64,000 nt of DNA from a virus. Lineage: Duplodnaviria; Heunggongvirae; Uroviricota; Caudoviricetes. The position numbers and the translations under genes were made by a program. Shown piece after piece: positions 24,800 through 34,118 of this stretch (position 1 is its first letter; every line of letters begins with the position of its first letter). Location: the IMG/VR virus record IMGVR_UViG_3300042331_000303. One strand, 5' to 3'. A model generated the notes under the pieces. That model was not told the DNA's origin. It saw only the letters and a program-made list of their open reading frames with translations, and did no database searches.

Positions 24800-25278
24800 T
24801 CCAGTACCGCCGCGGAGACGCGACCGCTCCGGCCGAGAGGCCGGCGGCGATCCTCCACGTCGTCAACGACAAGGGCCTCTGGGGCGCCGGGTTCTCCGGC
24901 GCGTTAGACCGCGCGTACAATGGAGCCCCTGGCAGATTCTACCGTCAGTGGTCGCGCGGAGAGCTGTCCAGCCTCTCTGGCTACCCGCTATTCGGGCTCG
25001 ATGCGGTCCTCTGGCAGCGCCTTGGGGATCAGCTCGCCCTCGGTCACCTCTGCGCACAGCGTGGCGTAGGCCGCAGGTGCCGCCGTGTGGACTACAACGC
25101 CCTCCGCCTCTGTTTGGGGGACATTGGGGCGCCTCCTACCAATCTCAGCTTCCACCTGCCTCGGATCGGAACCGGGTACGGAGGCGGACGATGGGAAGAA
25201 GTCGAAGCCATCCTCAACGACACCATAGCGAAGGCCGCCCCCACCTACGTCTACGACCTCCCAGGAGCCCCACCATGA
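24790..25278 (+). CDS. macrodomain-like protein (about 162 aa); start approximate
   Basis: ILHVVNDKGLWGAGFSGALDRAYNG resembles the macrodomain (V/I)NAAN..L.GGGGV..AI...G motif. SFHLPRIGTGYGGG resembles AFPAISTGVYG. Confidence 0.55.
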   Translation: MALIQYRRGDATAPAERPAAILHVVNDKGLWGAGFSGALDRAYNGAPGRFYRQWSRGELSSLSGYPLFGLDAVLWQRLGDQLALGHLCAQRGVGRRCRRVDYNALRLCLGDIGAPPTNLSFHLPRIGTGYGGGRWEEVEAILNDTIAKAAPTYVYDLPGAPP

Positions 25279-25694
25279 CCAACCCCACGACCTACTCTGA
25301 GCTGCTCCAAGCACTGGCTCTCCACGGAGTACGTGAGAAGCAGGTACGGGCGATGTTCCCCGACCTTGCAGAACTTCGGGCTCTCCGAGCGAGCATCGCA
25401 CAGAAGGCACTCGGCATCGCAGCAGACTTGTACGACGCCGATCCTTCTGGGCTTGTGGTCGAGTTCGAGGCGGACGGCCCCGTGGTGGTCAACACGGAAA
25501 CCTCCCGAGTGTACCCCATCCCGGCAGAGTGGCTCTTCATGTCCTACGCTGAGTGGCAGGAGGCACTCGCAGACCGGCAGCGCGCCGAGCGGGAAGCCCG
25601 TACAGCCCAGAACAGGGCTCGGATGGCACAGGAACGAGAACAAGGTGAACGGGCCCTCCTCGCCCAGCTCCTCGACAAGTACGGGTCGCTGTAG
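25275..25694 (+). CDS. hypothetical protein (139 aa)
   Basis: The ATG at 25275 overlaps the upstream stop. This is the plausible part of ORF 24948..25694. Confidence 0.55.
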   Translation: MTNPTTYSELLQALALHGVREKQVRAMFPDLAELRALRASIAQKALGIAADLYDADPSGLVVEFEADGPVVVNTETSRVYPIPAEWLFMSYAEWQEALADRQRAEREARTAQNRARMAQEREQGERALLAQLLDKYGSL

Positions 25695-25783
25695 TTCCCC
25701 ACATTTCTTGCCCGGCTGGATTGACAACTGCCACAAACTGGATACGGGACTCGACCCCACTCGGACGAAGAGGAACGACGAAC

Positions 25784-26170
25784 ATGACTGGCGATTACCT
25801 GCTCGTGGTCGCCCCACCGGACCATCCGCTCCTCTCCAGCGCATTCCCGAACACGCTGGTCATCGCGACTGACTTTGGCAAGTCGTCGCACTACACGAAC
25901 CCGGGGACCACCCGCGATTGGAGACTTGGTCGCTACTCGCCACCCGCAGGGGACCAGGCTCTCGTTCTCATGTACGAAGGGCGACCGGTCGAGTCCTCTT
26001 TCGATCACCTCCTTCGGGTAGCTGGTCGCCAGCCCCTCCAGTCCTACAACTTTCCCACTGTCGAATCGGCGCGATGGTACGCCGCGTACTTCGTGCCCCC
26101 GACCCTTCAACTGGAAACGGCGCCTCCGCCGGTATTCCCCTCACCGGCCTTCGGCCCTACTCTGGAGTAA
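25784..26170 (+). CDS. hypothetical protein (128 aa)
   Basis: The internal ATG of ORF 25721..26170 follows GAGGAACGACGAAC and starts MTGDYLLVVAPPD. Confidence 0.45.
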   Translation: MTGDYLLVVAPPDHPLLSSAFPNTLVIATDFGKSSHYTNPGTTRDWRLGRYSPPAGDQALVLMYEGRPVESSFDHLLRVAGRQPLQSYNFPTVESARWYAAYFVPPTLQLETAPPPVFPSPAFGPTLE

Positions 26171-26177
26171 CGCCACC

Positions 26178-27026
26178 ATGATCCTGTCTCTCCTCCTCGC
26201 CTGTTCCACCGTCACGCCCGGCAATGCCGTGCTCGCGGTCAACGTCGCCACCGACAACGACGCCGACCGCTACTCCATCATCCGCGGCGGGCGCTACTGG
26301 GCCGGACCGAACACCGACTACTACGACATCCCGACGACCGAACAGCGGGCGGTGTGGGCCCGATCTTCCGAAGAGGGGGCCACCCACGACGAGTCCATCA
26401 CCTTCGCCGGTGTGGACGGCCAGCCGGTCAACGTGGACATCGGCGTGGCCTACATCGTGGCCCCGTCGGACGAAGCCATCATCGGTCTCGCCAAGAAGTA
26501 CGGGCCCCAGCTCGACCAGATCATCGACACCCGCGTTCGGGACTCCACGCGGAACGCCATGAATCTCTGCGCGGGGAGCTACACCGTCGAGCAGCTCTAC
26601 GGCGAAGCAAAGGGCTCCTTGATGGAGTGCGCGCACAAGATGGTCCGCGACGAGTACGAGCCGAACGGGCTGCTCATCGAGCGCCTGACGCTGAACTCCG
26701 AGATCCGCCTCCCGACCAAGGTCCGTGAGGCCATGGAGGGCCGCATCACCGCCTCCGCGGAGGCCGAGCGCGTCCGCCGCGAGGTGGAGACGATCGAGGC
26801 AGAGGGAGCGAAGAAGATCGCCGCGGCCCGCGCTGAAGCCGAGGCGCTCCGGCTGGAAGCCGAGTCCGAGGCCGCCGCTGACAAGGCCCGCGCCTCCGCC
26901 ATCACTCCCGAGACCATCCGCCTGAAGGAGCTGGAGGTACAGGCCGCCTATGCCGAGAAGTGGAACGGCCAGCTCCCGACCACCATCATGGGCGACTCCG
27001 TGCCGCTTCTCCAGCTCACCAAGTAG
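26178..27026 (+). CDS. SPFH/band-7 (prohibitin/HflKC-like) domain lipoprotein
   Basis: The N-terminus MILSLLLAC has an LLAC lipobox. The C-terminus has the Ala/Glu-rich heptad region ETIEAEGAKKIAAARAEAEALRLEAESEAA...LEVQAAYAEKWNGQLPTTIMG typical of SPFH proteins. Confidence 0.75.
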   Translation: MILSLLLACSTVTPGNAVLAVNVATDNDADRYSIIRGGRYWAGPNTDYYDIPTTEQRAVWARSSEEGATHDESITFAGVDGQPVNVDIGVAYIVAPSDEAIIGLAKKYGPQLDQIIDTRVRDSTRNAMNLCAGSYTVEQLYGEAKGSLMECAHKMVRDEYEPNGLLIERLTLNSEIRLPTKVREAMEGRITASAEAERVRREVETIEAEGAKKIAAARAEAEALRLEAESEAAADKARASAITPETIRLKELEVQAAYAEKWNGQLPTTIMGDSVPLLQLTK

Positions 27027-27043
27027 GAATCACGGCTGCCCCC

Positions 27044-27265
27044 ATGATCAAGTCTACGCTCTTCCTCGCGGCTGTGGCTGTCGTCTTCCTGACAGCCTTC
27101 ATCTACCTCCCCCGGATGATCTCCACCATCCGAGAGAACAACATCCGGATCCGAGAACAGGAAGAGCGCATCCGAATCCTTCGTGCCCAAGCGAAGGAAG
27201 CAGAGGAGCGGGCCGACAACGAGCAGATCCTTCATCCTCCTACTTCCCGCAAGGACTCGGCATGA
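27044..27265 (+). CDS. small membrane protein (73 aa) downstream of the SPFH gene (NfeD-like partner?)
   Basis: Translation starts MIKSTLFLAAVAVVFLTAFIYL, a transmembrane helix, and continues with a charged helical tail. Confidence 0.5.
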   Translation: MIKSTLFLAAVAVVFLTAFIYLPRMISTIRENNIRIREQEERIRILRAQAKEAEERADNEQILHPPTSRKDSA

Positions 27266-27684
27266 ACGGGCACTACTGGGGAAACTGGAAGAGCACCAAG
27301 CCCTACCCCGCGTGCGGTGTCCGGTTCACCTGTTCGTTCTGCGGCGCGCGAGAAGAGGTTTGGCAGGAGGCCAGAGTTTCGGTGTGGGCTAATGGAGACG
27401 GGACCAACCACGAGACGCACCACAACGCGCTCCCGGAGCACCGCCCTCCTTCGGGATGGCTCTACGAGACCCAAGCGGGCCGCCCCCACCGATACTGGTG
27501 CTCTTCGTGTTCAGGCCCCGTGCAGGATTATCGAGCGCGGCTCAGAGCGTGGGAGAAAGAGTACGACGGGGTGGCCGCAAGCTGGCCCTGGAGGCTCTTT
27601 CCGCGGATTGCGCGAGCTGCCCGGGATACGTGGCAACTGGACAATCCCAAGCCCGAACACCCCTACCAGAAGCTCTGTGAGTGA
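27262..27684 (+). CDS. Cys-rich hypothetical protein (140 aa)
   Basis: The protein MNGHYWGNW... has CGVRFTCSFCG and CSSCSG motifs. The ATG at 27262 is coupled to the upstream stop. Confidence 0.55.
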   Translation: MNGHYWGNWKSTKPYPACGVRFTCSFCGAREEVWQEARVSVWANGDGTNHETHHNALPEHRPPSGWLYETQAGRPHRYWCSSCSGPVQDYRARLRAWEKEYDGVAASWPWRLFPRIARAARDTWQLDNPKPEHPYQKLCE

Positions 27685-27691
27685 GGCTCCA

Positions 27692-28045
27692 GTGTCGACC
27701 ACCCCCGTAATCAGCAAGACTGCCTACGTCGCCGCATTCCGGGACTGGTTCCTTGCTGCGCCCCAACACAGCGCCGACCTCGTCAAGCCGCTGACGGTGG
27801 CGTTCGAGCGGATGCCGGAGGGAGTACACCCAGTCGAGACCTTCTGCGCCATCGGGCTGGAGGAGGTCCGGCGCATGCCCGGCGGGAACCCCATGCCGAT
27901 CTGGAAGAGCAACTACCTCTACCGGCGCATCTACTTGCACCAACGGCACCGGCTCAATCCCTGCCCGACGTGCGAAGGGCATCACGACATCTACGGTAGC
28001 GACCGATCCTGTCCTCTCTGTGGATCGACCGGGTGGCTGCCGTGA
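27692..28045 (+). CDS. zinc-ribbon hypothetical protein (117 aa)
   Basis: A GTG start gives VSTTPVISK... with CPTCEGHH...CPLCGSTGW. Confidence 0.5.
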   Translation: MSTTPVISKTAYVAAFRDWFLAAPQHSADLVKPLTVAFERMPEGVHPVETFCAIGLEEVRRMPGGNPMPIWKSNYLYRRIYLHQRHRLNPCPTCEGHHDIYGSDRSCPLCGSTGWLP

Positions 28046-28347
28046 GCACCGAAACTCCCATCGACCAGTGGCTGAACATCCTGCCGCCGCACCTGCGTGG
28101 AGCGGCTCCTGTGCTCGTGGCGCTGCTCGAAGAGAACGGGCAGGTCACCTACACCTCGATGTCGTCGGTGCTCACCCCTGAGTCGTGGGGAGCCGTGCTG
28201 GAAGCAGCCCGGCTCAGCGTCATTGCGGCCTACGCCCAGCGCGGCGCAGACGCACAGGAGATCGAGAGGCGCATCGAAGAGGGCAAGGTAGCAGCGCAGG
28301 AGGCAGGACACAGCATCATGCCGATTGCCCAAGGACCGGAGAACTGA
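28042..28347 (+). CDS. hypothetical protein (about 101 aa)
   Basis: ORF track 28033..28347; the GTG at 28042 overlaps the upstream stop. Confidence 0.45.
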   Translation: MSTETPIDQWLNILPPHLRGAAPVLVALLEENGQVTYTSMSSVLTPESWGAVLEAARLSVIAAYAQRGADAQEIERRIEEGKVAAQEAGHSIMPIAQGPEN

Positions 28348-28607
28348 GGATCGTGGGGGAGCACCAGACTTCGCGCTGAGCGGTTGCGGCGGAGCGACCG
28401 CGCTCGTAGGCTGGACGGGTGGAACTGTTCTCCGTCCAGCTCATCATGGGTACCCCTCCGTCCACCGCGACGGATGGGCCTGTAGCCAAGGCGGCCATCC
28501 TCGACCCGTTCAGTCCGGTCTATGACGCTGAGGCTTCGCTCTACATTACGAGCAGCACCTACGTTGAGATCATCGAGAACGGCTCCTTCACCCAGCCGGC
28601 CTAACCG

Positions 28608-29567
28608 ATGCTCTCTGCCCTCAACTGGAAGCGCCTGCCAACCACGTCGCCCTCGTCCGGGGCGATCAACGCGGTTCTGGATGCCATCTTCACGGCGCTC
28701 TCGTCTGCGACCTACTACAACGGGGACGCACGCACTGTGGGGGCTGGATCGGCATGGACCGTCAGTCGCTTTCAAGCGGCTGGCACGACGGAGGCGGTCT
28801 ACGCAACCCCGCCCAGCGCATCTATCGCGGGATGCCGGGCGATCTTCGCTGGCGCTGCCGGAGCGAAGACCCCGACGATGGCGAGCCCCGACACCTACAT
28901 CGCCTCCTGCGTGCTGGCGGCGGTCCAGAAGGGAGCAGGCGCTTTCACGACGTGGGATGGCGCTACCCCCTTCACGAACTCGGGCTTCTTCGGCTACTGG
29001 CGTGGCTTCCACGCGGCGGGCTCGACCGCAGGCAACATCGTCATCTACGAGAGCCAAGAGGCCCTCGCCGTGTTCATCGAGAACACGCTCGGCGCGGTCA
29101 CTGGCGTGTTCGTCGGCTGCTTCGTCGATCCTGGCACGACCCTCCTGTCCGACGCCGAGACGGATGGGCGCCTCTACGGCGTCCTCACGTCGGGCAGCAC
29201 TTCTGGAATCCCTTCTGCGTTCTGGACCTCGACGACTAGTTGGCTCAGCCACAGCGCCTCGAACGGAGCCGTCCACGCCGGGTGCTTCAACCCGGGATTG
29301 ACTACGACCAGCAACGTGGACGTGTTTACACTCGGCACGGCCCCCACGGCTACCAACCTGGTCACGCGATCTGGGGCACCCGCTCTTCTCCCCTTCGTCT
29401 GGGTGGAGGAGGGTGGAGCAGGACGGACGATCGGACGGGCTCGGGAGATGTATATCATCCGTGACGGCCTCCTGCGTGAGGTCCTCGCGCAGTCTGGCAC
29501 TACCATCGCGTACGTGGCCAGTGGGTCCTCCGGTGCCGCGCAAGACGCGATTGCCTTCGGAGCCTGA
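28608..29567 (+). CDS. structural-like protein (319 aa), rich in Gly, Ala, Thr and Ser
   Basis: The composition is typical of capsid or fiber proteins (GSTSGIPSAFWTSTTSW). No enzymatic motifs were found. Confidence 0.6.
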   Translation: MLSALNWKRLPTTSPSSGAINAVLDAIFTALSSATYYNGDARTVGAGSAWTVSRFQAAGTTEAVYATPPSASIAGCRAIFAGAAGAKTPTMASPDTYIASCVLAAVQKGAGAFTTWDGATPFTNSGFFGYWRGFHAAGSTAGNIVIYESQEALAVFIENTLGAVTGVFVGCFVDPGTTLLSDAETDGRLYGVLTSGSTSGIPSAFWTSTTSWLSHSASNGAVHAGCFNPGLTTTSNVDVFTLGTAPTATNLVTRSGAPALLPFVWVEEGGAGRTIGRAREMYIIRDGLLREVLAQSGTTIAYVASGSSGAAQDAIAFGA

Positions 29568-29572
29568 TCACA

Positions 29573-29908
29573 ATGGCCTCGTCCGACTCTCCCATCCTCA
29601 TCACCTCCGCGACCGTAGCTGTTTCCACCACGGCAGTCGCGCCGGGCATGGCCATCCCCGACAACTGCCGCAGCATCCTGATCTTCTCGACCTCGGCGTT
29701 GATCTGGGGCATCGCTACGGCAGGTGCCGGCGCGCTAACGCTCGGGACCAACGCCTTCCTCCTGCCCGCCAACACGCCCCTCACGCTCGGCATCGGTACG
29801 ATCCAGGAGCGAGGAGACATGGCGACGGCAGGAAAGGGCATCGTTTACGCTGGTTCGGCAGGTTCCACGCCGACAGTCTACATCGCCTACAACTGCGTGT
29901 TCGGCTAA
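29573..29908 (+). CDS. small structural-like protein (111 aa)
   Basis: The protein is Ala-, Thr- and Gly-rich. The gene lies immediately after 28608..29567. Confidence 0.55.
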   Translation: MASSDSPILITSATVAVSTTAVAPGMAIPDNCRSILIFSTSALIWGIATAGAGALTLGTNAFLLPANTPLTLGIGTIQERGDMATAGKGIVYAGSAGSTPTVYIAYNCVFG

Positions 29909-30169
29909 TCAGCTCGACGCTTGACAAACCGACCCCTACAAGGTTACGGGGGGCGGATGAAGGCGAAACTCACCGACGACCCGCATCATGCCACGCTGGG
30001 CGTCGCAGGAGAGGCCCTGCACCAGCTCTACGGGCGCCACAACGTGGCCTGCTCGTTCGACCTCTGGAACGCCGTGGCAGCGCACATCCCGGCAGTCGCC
30101 GCCGTGCGGTAGCAACGAAATCTTCTCGGCACGTTTGACAACTGACACCCCCCAAGATAGAGAGGAAGC

Positions 30170-30841
30170 ATGTCCAGCCCCGAACCCGTCTACACCATCC
30201 AAGTTGGAACCGGCGACCTCGCCGCGGCCCTCGTCCAGCGCGAGATCGGCCGCATCGAGGCGGAGATCGAGACGCACAAGCTGCGCTCAGCCTCGGCTGA
30301 GAACCTCATCGAGACCCTCATCCTCCAGCCCCTGGGGGAACGCATCCTCGCCCGCTACGAAGGCCAGCTTGTCGCCATGCGCACCCTGTGCAACGGCTTC
30401 GAGATGCTGATGAAGCGGCCTTGTACGATGGTAGCGCCCGCGCCTTTCTCCACCTCGACCTCACGCTTCAGCCAGTACATCTACGCGGCGAAGAACTCCC
30501 GCTCCGCGCTTCATGGCGCGCGGGTACAGAAGGGAGATGTGCTCCGGGCCCGCTGGAGCATTACCTGCGAGATGAACGGGAAGGATGTCGACCTCTACTC
30601 CGCGGAGCTGTGTGAGTCCATCTCGGGGAGTGAGATCGAGGACACGAACCGGTGGCTTGAGGACATCGAGCAAGCCTACTACGCCATCCACAGCCTCTCG
30701 GACAAGCTCGCCGACCTTCCCCGCATCGAGCGAGAAGCACGGGCACGGCTCACCGAGACCTTCCTGTCGAAGCAGCCGGAGCTGCTGGCCCAGCTCGACG
30801 CGGTCTTCCCTCGGATGCTCGCGAAGGATGAGGCTGGGTAG
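30170..30841 (+). CDS. hypothetical protein (223 aa)
   Basis: ORF track; a TTGACA-N18-TAGAGA promoter lies upstream at about 30134-30163. Confidence 0.6.
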   Translation: MSSPEPVYTIQVGTGDLAAALVQREIGRIEAEIETHKLRSASAENLIETLILQPLGERILARYEGQLVAMRTLCNGFEMLMKRPCTMVAPAPFSTSTSRFSQYIYAAKNSRSALHGARVQKGDVLRARWSITCEMNGKDVDLYSAELCESISGSEIEDTNRWLEDIEQAYYAIHSLSDKLADLPRIEREARARLTETFLSKQPELLAQLDAVFPRMLAKDEAG

Positions 30842-30843
30842 CC

Positions 30844-31581
30844 ATGCCGAAGATCCAGCTCCTCTCCGACATCCACACCGAGCACGACCGGGACTGGGGC
30901 GATGCGTTCATCGAGTCGCTCGACCCCAGCGTCTGCGACGTCCTCGTTCTCGCCGGAGACATCGGCTCCTCCAACACCTACTACCGAGCGCTCGTGAAGA
31001 TCGCTCAGAAGTACGCGCCGAAGCCCGTCGTCTACGTCCACGGGAACCACGAGTTCTACGGCTCGGAGCGGCTCGCTGTGCGAGCCCAGATGGCCGTCCT
31101 ACCCCCCAACGTCTACTGGCTCGACCACACCTCCGTCGTGCTTGGGGGGATCGAGTTCTTGGGCGGGACCGGGTGGTTCGACCAGCGGGCGGTCAATCCT
31201 GCGCTCTGCCCCGGCTTCTCCGACTTCCATTGGATCAGAGGGCTCAATACGTGGGTGTGGACCGAGCACGCGGCCTTCCGCAAGTTCCTCTCCAGCCGGC
31301 CTCCGTCGAGCCAGAAGCGCATCTTGGTGATGCACCACGCGCCCAGCTACAAGGCAGTCCTCCCCCGCTGGCAGCGATCGAACAGCAACGACTTCTTCTT
31401 CGTAGACGTCGAGAAGGAAGTCACAGCGCTCGCGCCGGCCGCGGTCCTTCATGGCCACATGCACTCGGGGCTCCAGTACCAGATCGGCGACATCCCGGTC
31501 TACGCCAACCCGCGAGGGTACCCGAAGGAGATGCAAGAGCTGCCGTTCAACCCAAACTTCGTCATCGAGGTCAACCCGTGA
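30844..31581 (+). CDS. calcineurin-like metallophosphoesterase
   Basis: The protein has LSDIHTEHD, LVLAGDIG and VHGNHEF motifs (the D-x-H...GD...GNHE signature). Confidence 0.8.
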   Translation: MPKIQLLSDIHTEHDRDWGDAFIESLDPSVCDVLVLAGDIGSSNTYYRALVKIAQKYAPKPVVYVHGNHEFYGSERLAVRAQMAVLPPNVYWLDHTSVVLGGIEFLGGTGWFDQRAVNPALCPGFSDFHWIRGLNTWVWTEHAAFRKFLSSRPPSSQKRILVMHHAPSYKAVLPRWQRSNSNDFFFVDVEKEVTALAPAAVLHGHMHSGLQYQIGDIPVYANPRGYPKEMQELPFNPNFVIEVNP

Positions 31582-31820
31582 AAGAGAAGCACTACACGCT
31601 TCGCATGCTGCCGGAGGACGTGGTCGTCTCGAAGCACGCCTCTGAGGTTGCGGCCCAGCGCGCTGGCCGCCTCTACTGCCACACGGACCTGTTCTCGGGA
31701 GCAGTGAAGCGGACGGTGGCTATTGATGGGCCGGAAGGGACGCAGCACTGGAAGCTCGTCCCGCAGAGCACCCACGATGGGTACGGCGCGCGCCTGCGCT
31801 ACGTCCGGTTCACGCCATGA
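31578..31820 (+). CDS. hypothetical protein (80 aa)
   Basis: The GTG at 31578 overlaps the stop. This is the plausible tail of ORF 30585..31820. Confidence 0.4.
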   Translation: MKEKHYTLRMLPEDVVVSKHASEVAAQRAGRLYCHTDLFSGAVKRTVAIDGPEGTQHWKLVPQSTHDGYGARLRYVRFTP

Positions 31821-32314
31821 CGCCCCCTCTGGAAGCGTGGCGGCAGGACTGGTGGGAAGAGGTCGAGCCCGGCAACGGGATCAAGCTCTGGCGCAAGGAC
31901 GGACTCGTCCTTGGGGTGTCGGCGCCGGCCTCCTTCGATCCGCAGGCCGGAAGCGCCGTCGTGGCGAACTTCTCCGCTCGCCGCCCCTGTACGGCTCCGA
32001 CCGGTTCCCCTCTGGACGTACACGGAGACTCGCCAGAGGCGCTGGTAGCGGCCGTAGACGCGGCGTGGGGGGCACGGCAGGAAGTGTTCCCGGCGCGCCC
32101 CGGCATGGTCGTCTTCCACGACCGTGCGGTGTGGACGATCGTACAGGCCGAGGAGAGCAGCTTCACCATCCTCCCCCGACACCGCGGCCAGCGAGTCCTG
32201 CGGTACGCACTCGTCCCCTACGCTGAGCAGAACGGCCGGCGTCACGTTGAGCCCTTCTCGGCAGAAATGCCGGTCAAACTTTGGCCTTACCGATTTCTCA
32301 TTCTGGCCCCTTGA
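31817..32314 (+). CDS. hypothetical protein (165 aa)
   Basis: ORF track; the start forms an ATGA overlap. Confidence 0.6.
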   Translation: MTPPLEAWRQDWWEEVEPGNGIKLWRKDGLVLGVSAPASFDPQAGSAVVANFSARRPCTAPTGSPLDVHGDSPEALVAAVDAAWGARQEVFPARPGMVVFHDRAVWTIVQAEESSFTILPRHRGQRVLRYALVPYAEQNGRRHVEPFSAEMPVKLWPYRFLILAP

Positions 32315-32345
32315 CGACTGACAGACCCCGAGGTACAAGTAAGCC

Positions 32346-33071
32346 ATGACGACCGACACCGACATCACCCTTCTCGCCCCCAATCAAGCGCTGGCCAACA
32401 TCTCCCGTGATGAGCTGGTGAACCTGATCGTAGACGACTTCATGGAGCGGTCTGCCGCAGCCGCGAAGGAAGCCAACAAGCGTGCCAACGCGCTGGATAC
32501 CGAAGCAGCCCATCTCCTTCGCGACATCTACCGCAGCGCTCGCGAGAACCTCCTGGCCGCTGCCACGCGACACAGCGACGCGCTGGTACAGGTCCTCGAA
32601 ACGATGGGGTACAAGCGCGTGAACGTCACGTACGAGCCGCTCCCTTTGCCGGAGCAGGTCTTCGCGGTCAACGGCCTGTTCGATCCCAACGGCCACCGTA
32701 GTGGACGCTCTGCCGAGCGGGCAGAGATGACCCTCGTCGAAGCCATCAACACCATGACGCTGGGCGTCCGCCTCGACAAGCCCATCTACGTGGACATCGA
32801 ACTCCGCGCGATGGAGGTGGGGAGCTACCTGGATACGAGCATCCGGTTTCGGGCGCCAGCGCCCGAGGTGGACCTGACGCTCTACAACGCCAAGAAGGCT
32901 GAGGCCGCCAAGCACCAGCGGTACTTCTCGGAGATCACGGAAGCCCAGAACCCCGAGAAGCTGCGCCGCAAGGCCCTCGCTACCCTCACCCGCGAAGCCC
33001 TTTCGCAGGGCGGCGTGACGCTCCAAGGGGGCCTCCCCACCATGCCCCTCGCTCTTCCCCTCGCCCCCTGA
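32346..33071 (+). CDS. hypothetical protein (241 aa)
   Basis: ORF track; a TTGACG-N17-TACAAG promoter lies upstream. Confidence 0.6.
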   Translation: MTTDTDITLLAPNQALANISRDELVNLIVDDFMERSAAAAKEANKRANALDTEAAHLLRDIYRSARENLLAAATRHSDALVQVLETMGYKRVNVTYEPLPLPEQVFAVNGLFDPNGHRSGRSAERAEMTLVEAINTMTLGVRLDKPIYVDIELRAMEVGSYLDTSIRFRAPAPEVDLTLYNAKKAEAAKHQRYFSEITEAQNPEKLRRKALATLTREALSQGGVTLQGGLPTMPLALPLAP

Positions 33072-33093
33072 CCCCCAACCGACCGAGAACATC

Positions 33094-33834
33094 ATGTCCC
33101 AGAAGCTCCACCAAGTCATCGCCTCCTCCAAGGACATCAAGGCCCGTACCGAGAAGGACTGGACCGAGATCTACCAGGGCTTCAAGAAGCCCGACCTGTA
33201 CGCCGGGCACACCCGCACCTACTCCCCCCTCAACGATGGCGGCGAGACGCTCCAGCCCGAGACCAAGCCGGTCCTGCGCAACGCCTCGGAGCAGCTCGAA
33301 GTGGTCCGCAACATCCTCTCGGAGCAGGTCAACCTCCAGGCTGGCATCGACGTCGCCAACCAGCAGGCGGCGGCGGACGTGGTGGTCGGCGGGCAGATCC
33401 TGCTCACGAAGGTGCCCGTGAACACGCTCCTGTACCTGGAGCACCGCCTCAAGGGCGTCATCGAGACCCTCACCGATGCCCCGGTCCTCGCGGACGGGTT
33501 GGAGTGGGTGCCGGACAGCTCGCCGGGCCGGTTCCGCGTGGCGACCCCCGAGATCACCAACCGAACGACCAAGACGCCGGAGCGCTTCGTGAAGGCCGAG
33601 GCGACCGACAAGCACCCCGCGCAGGTGGACATCATCCACATCGACCGCACCGTGGGAACCTGGACGAAGGTGGCGCAGTCCGGGGCGCTCCTCCCGGCTC
33701 GCCGCCGGACCCTGCTCCGACGCGCGAACAGCCTGCTCGACGCCGTGAAGTCCGCCCGTGAGGAAGCCAACACGGTCAAGGTCACCGAGTCGACCGTGGG
33801 CTCCACGCTGTCCGACTACCTCTTCGGGGACTGA
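33094..33834 (+). CDS. hypothetical protein (246 aa)
   Basis: ORF track. Confidence 0.6.
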   Translation: MSQKLHQVIASSKDIKARTEKDWTEIYQGFKKPDLYAGHTRTYSPLNDGGETLQPETKPVLRNASEQLEVVRNILSEQVNLQAGIDVANQQAAADVVVGGQILLTKVPVNTLLYLEHRLKGVIETLTDAPVLADGLEWVPDSSPGRFRVATPEITNRTTKTPERFVKAEATDKHPAQVDIIHIDRTVGTWTKVAQSGALLPARRRTLLRRANSLLDAVKSAREEANTVKVTESTVGSTLSDYLFGD

Positions 33835-33924
33835 TCCCCCGCAACCTTCCACCCCTGCCCGGCCGAAAGGACCGGGCTCCACCGAGGCATAGCTCACTGT
33901 CACGATCAGACTGATTCTCACCCA

Positions 33925-34118
33925 ACTCTCTTGCTGGTTCAAGCCCAGCCCCCGGCACCAACCAACTGAGCCGGGGTGGCGGAATGGTAGACGCACCCAC
34001 TATAATGGGCGAGAGAAGTGATAAGTTCCTCGTATAGTTTGCCTCAGTCGAGTGCCCACAAATCTCAGTCGCCACGCCACCCAATCCGAGATGCTGGTTC
34101 AAGTCCGGCTCGGGCCGC
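33925..34118 (+). tRNA. tRNA-derived region: orphan 3' end (T-arm + acceptor + ACCA), a Leu-like 5' half, and a second T-arm/CCA end
   Basis: 33925-33960 reads GCTGG-TTCAAGC-CCAGC CCCCGGC A CCA. 33970-34000 reads GCCGGGGTGGCGGAATGGTAGACGCAC; its acceptor is complementary to the upstream 3' end. 34092-34118 reads GCTGGTTCAAGTCCGGC TCGGGCC G CCA. No single canonical cloverleaf could be folded. Confidence 0.35.
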
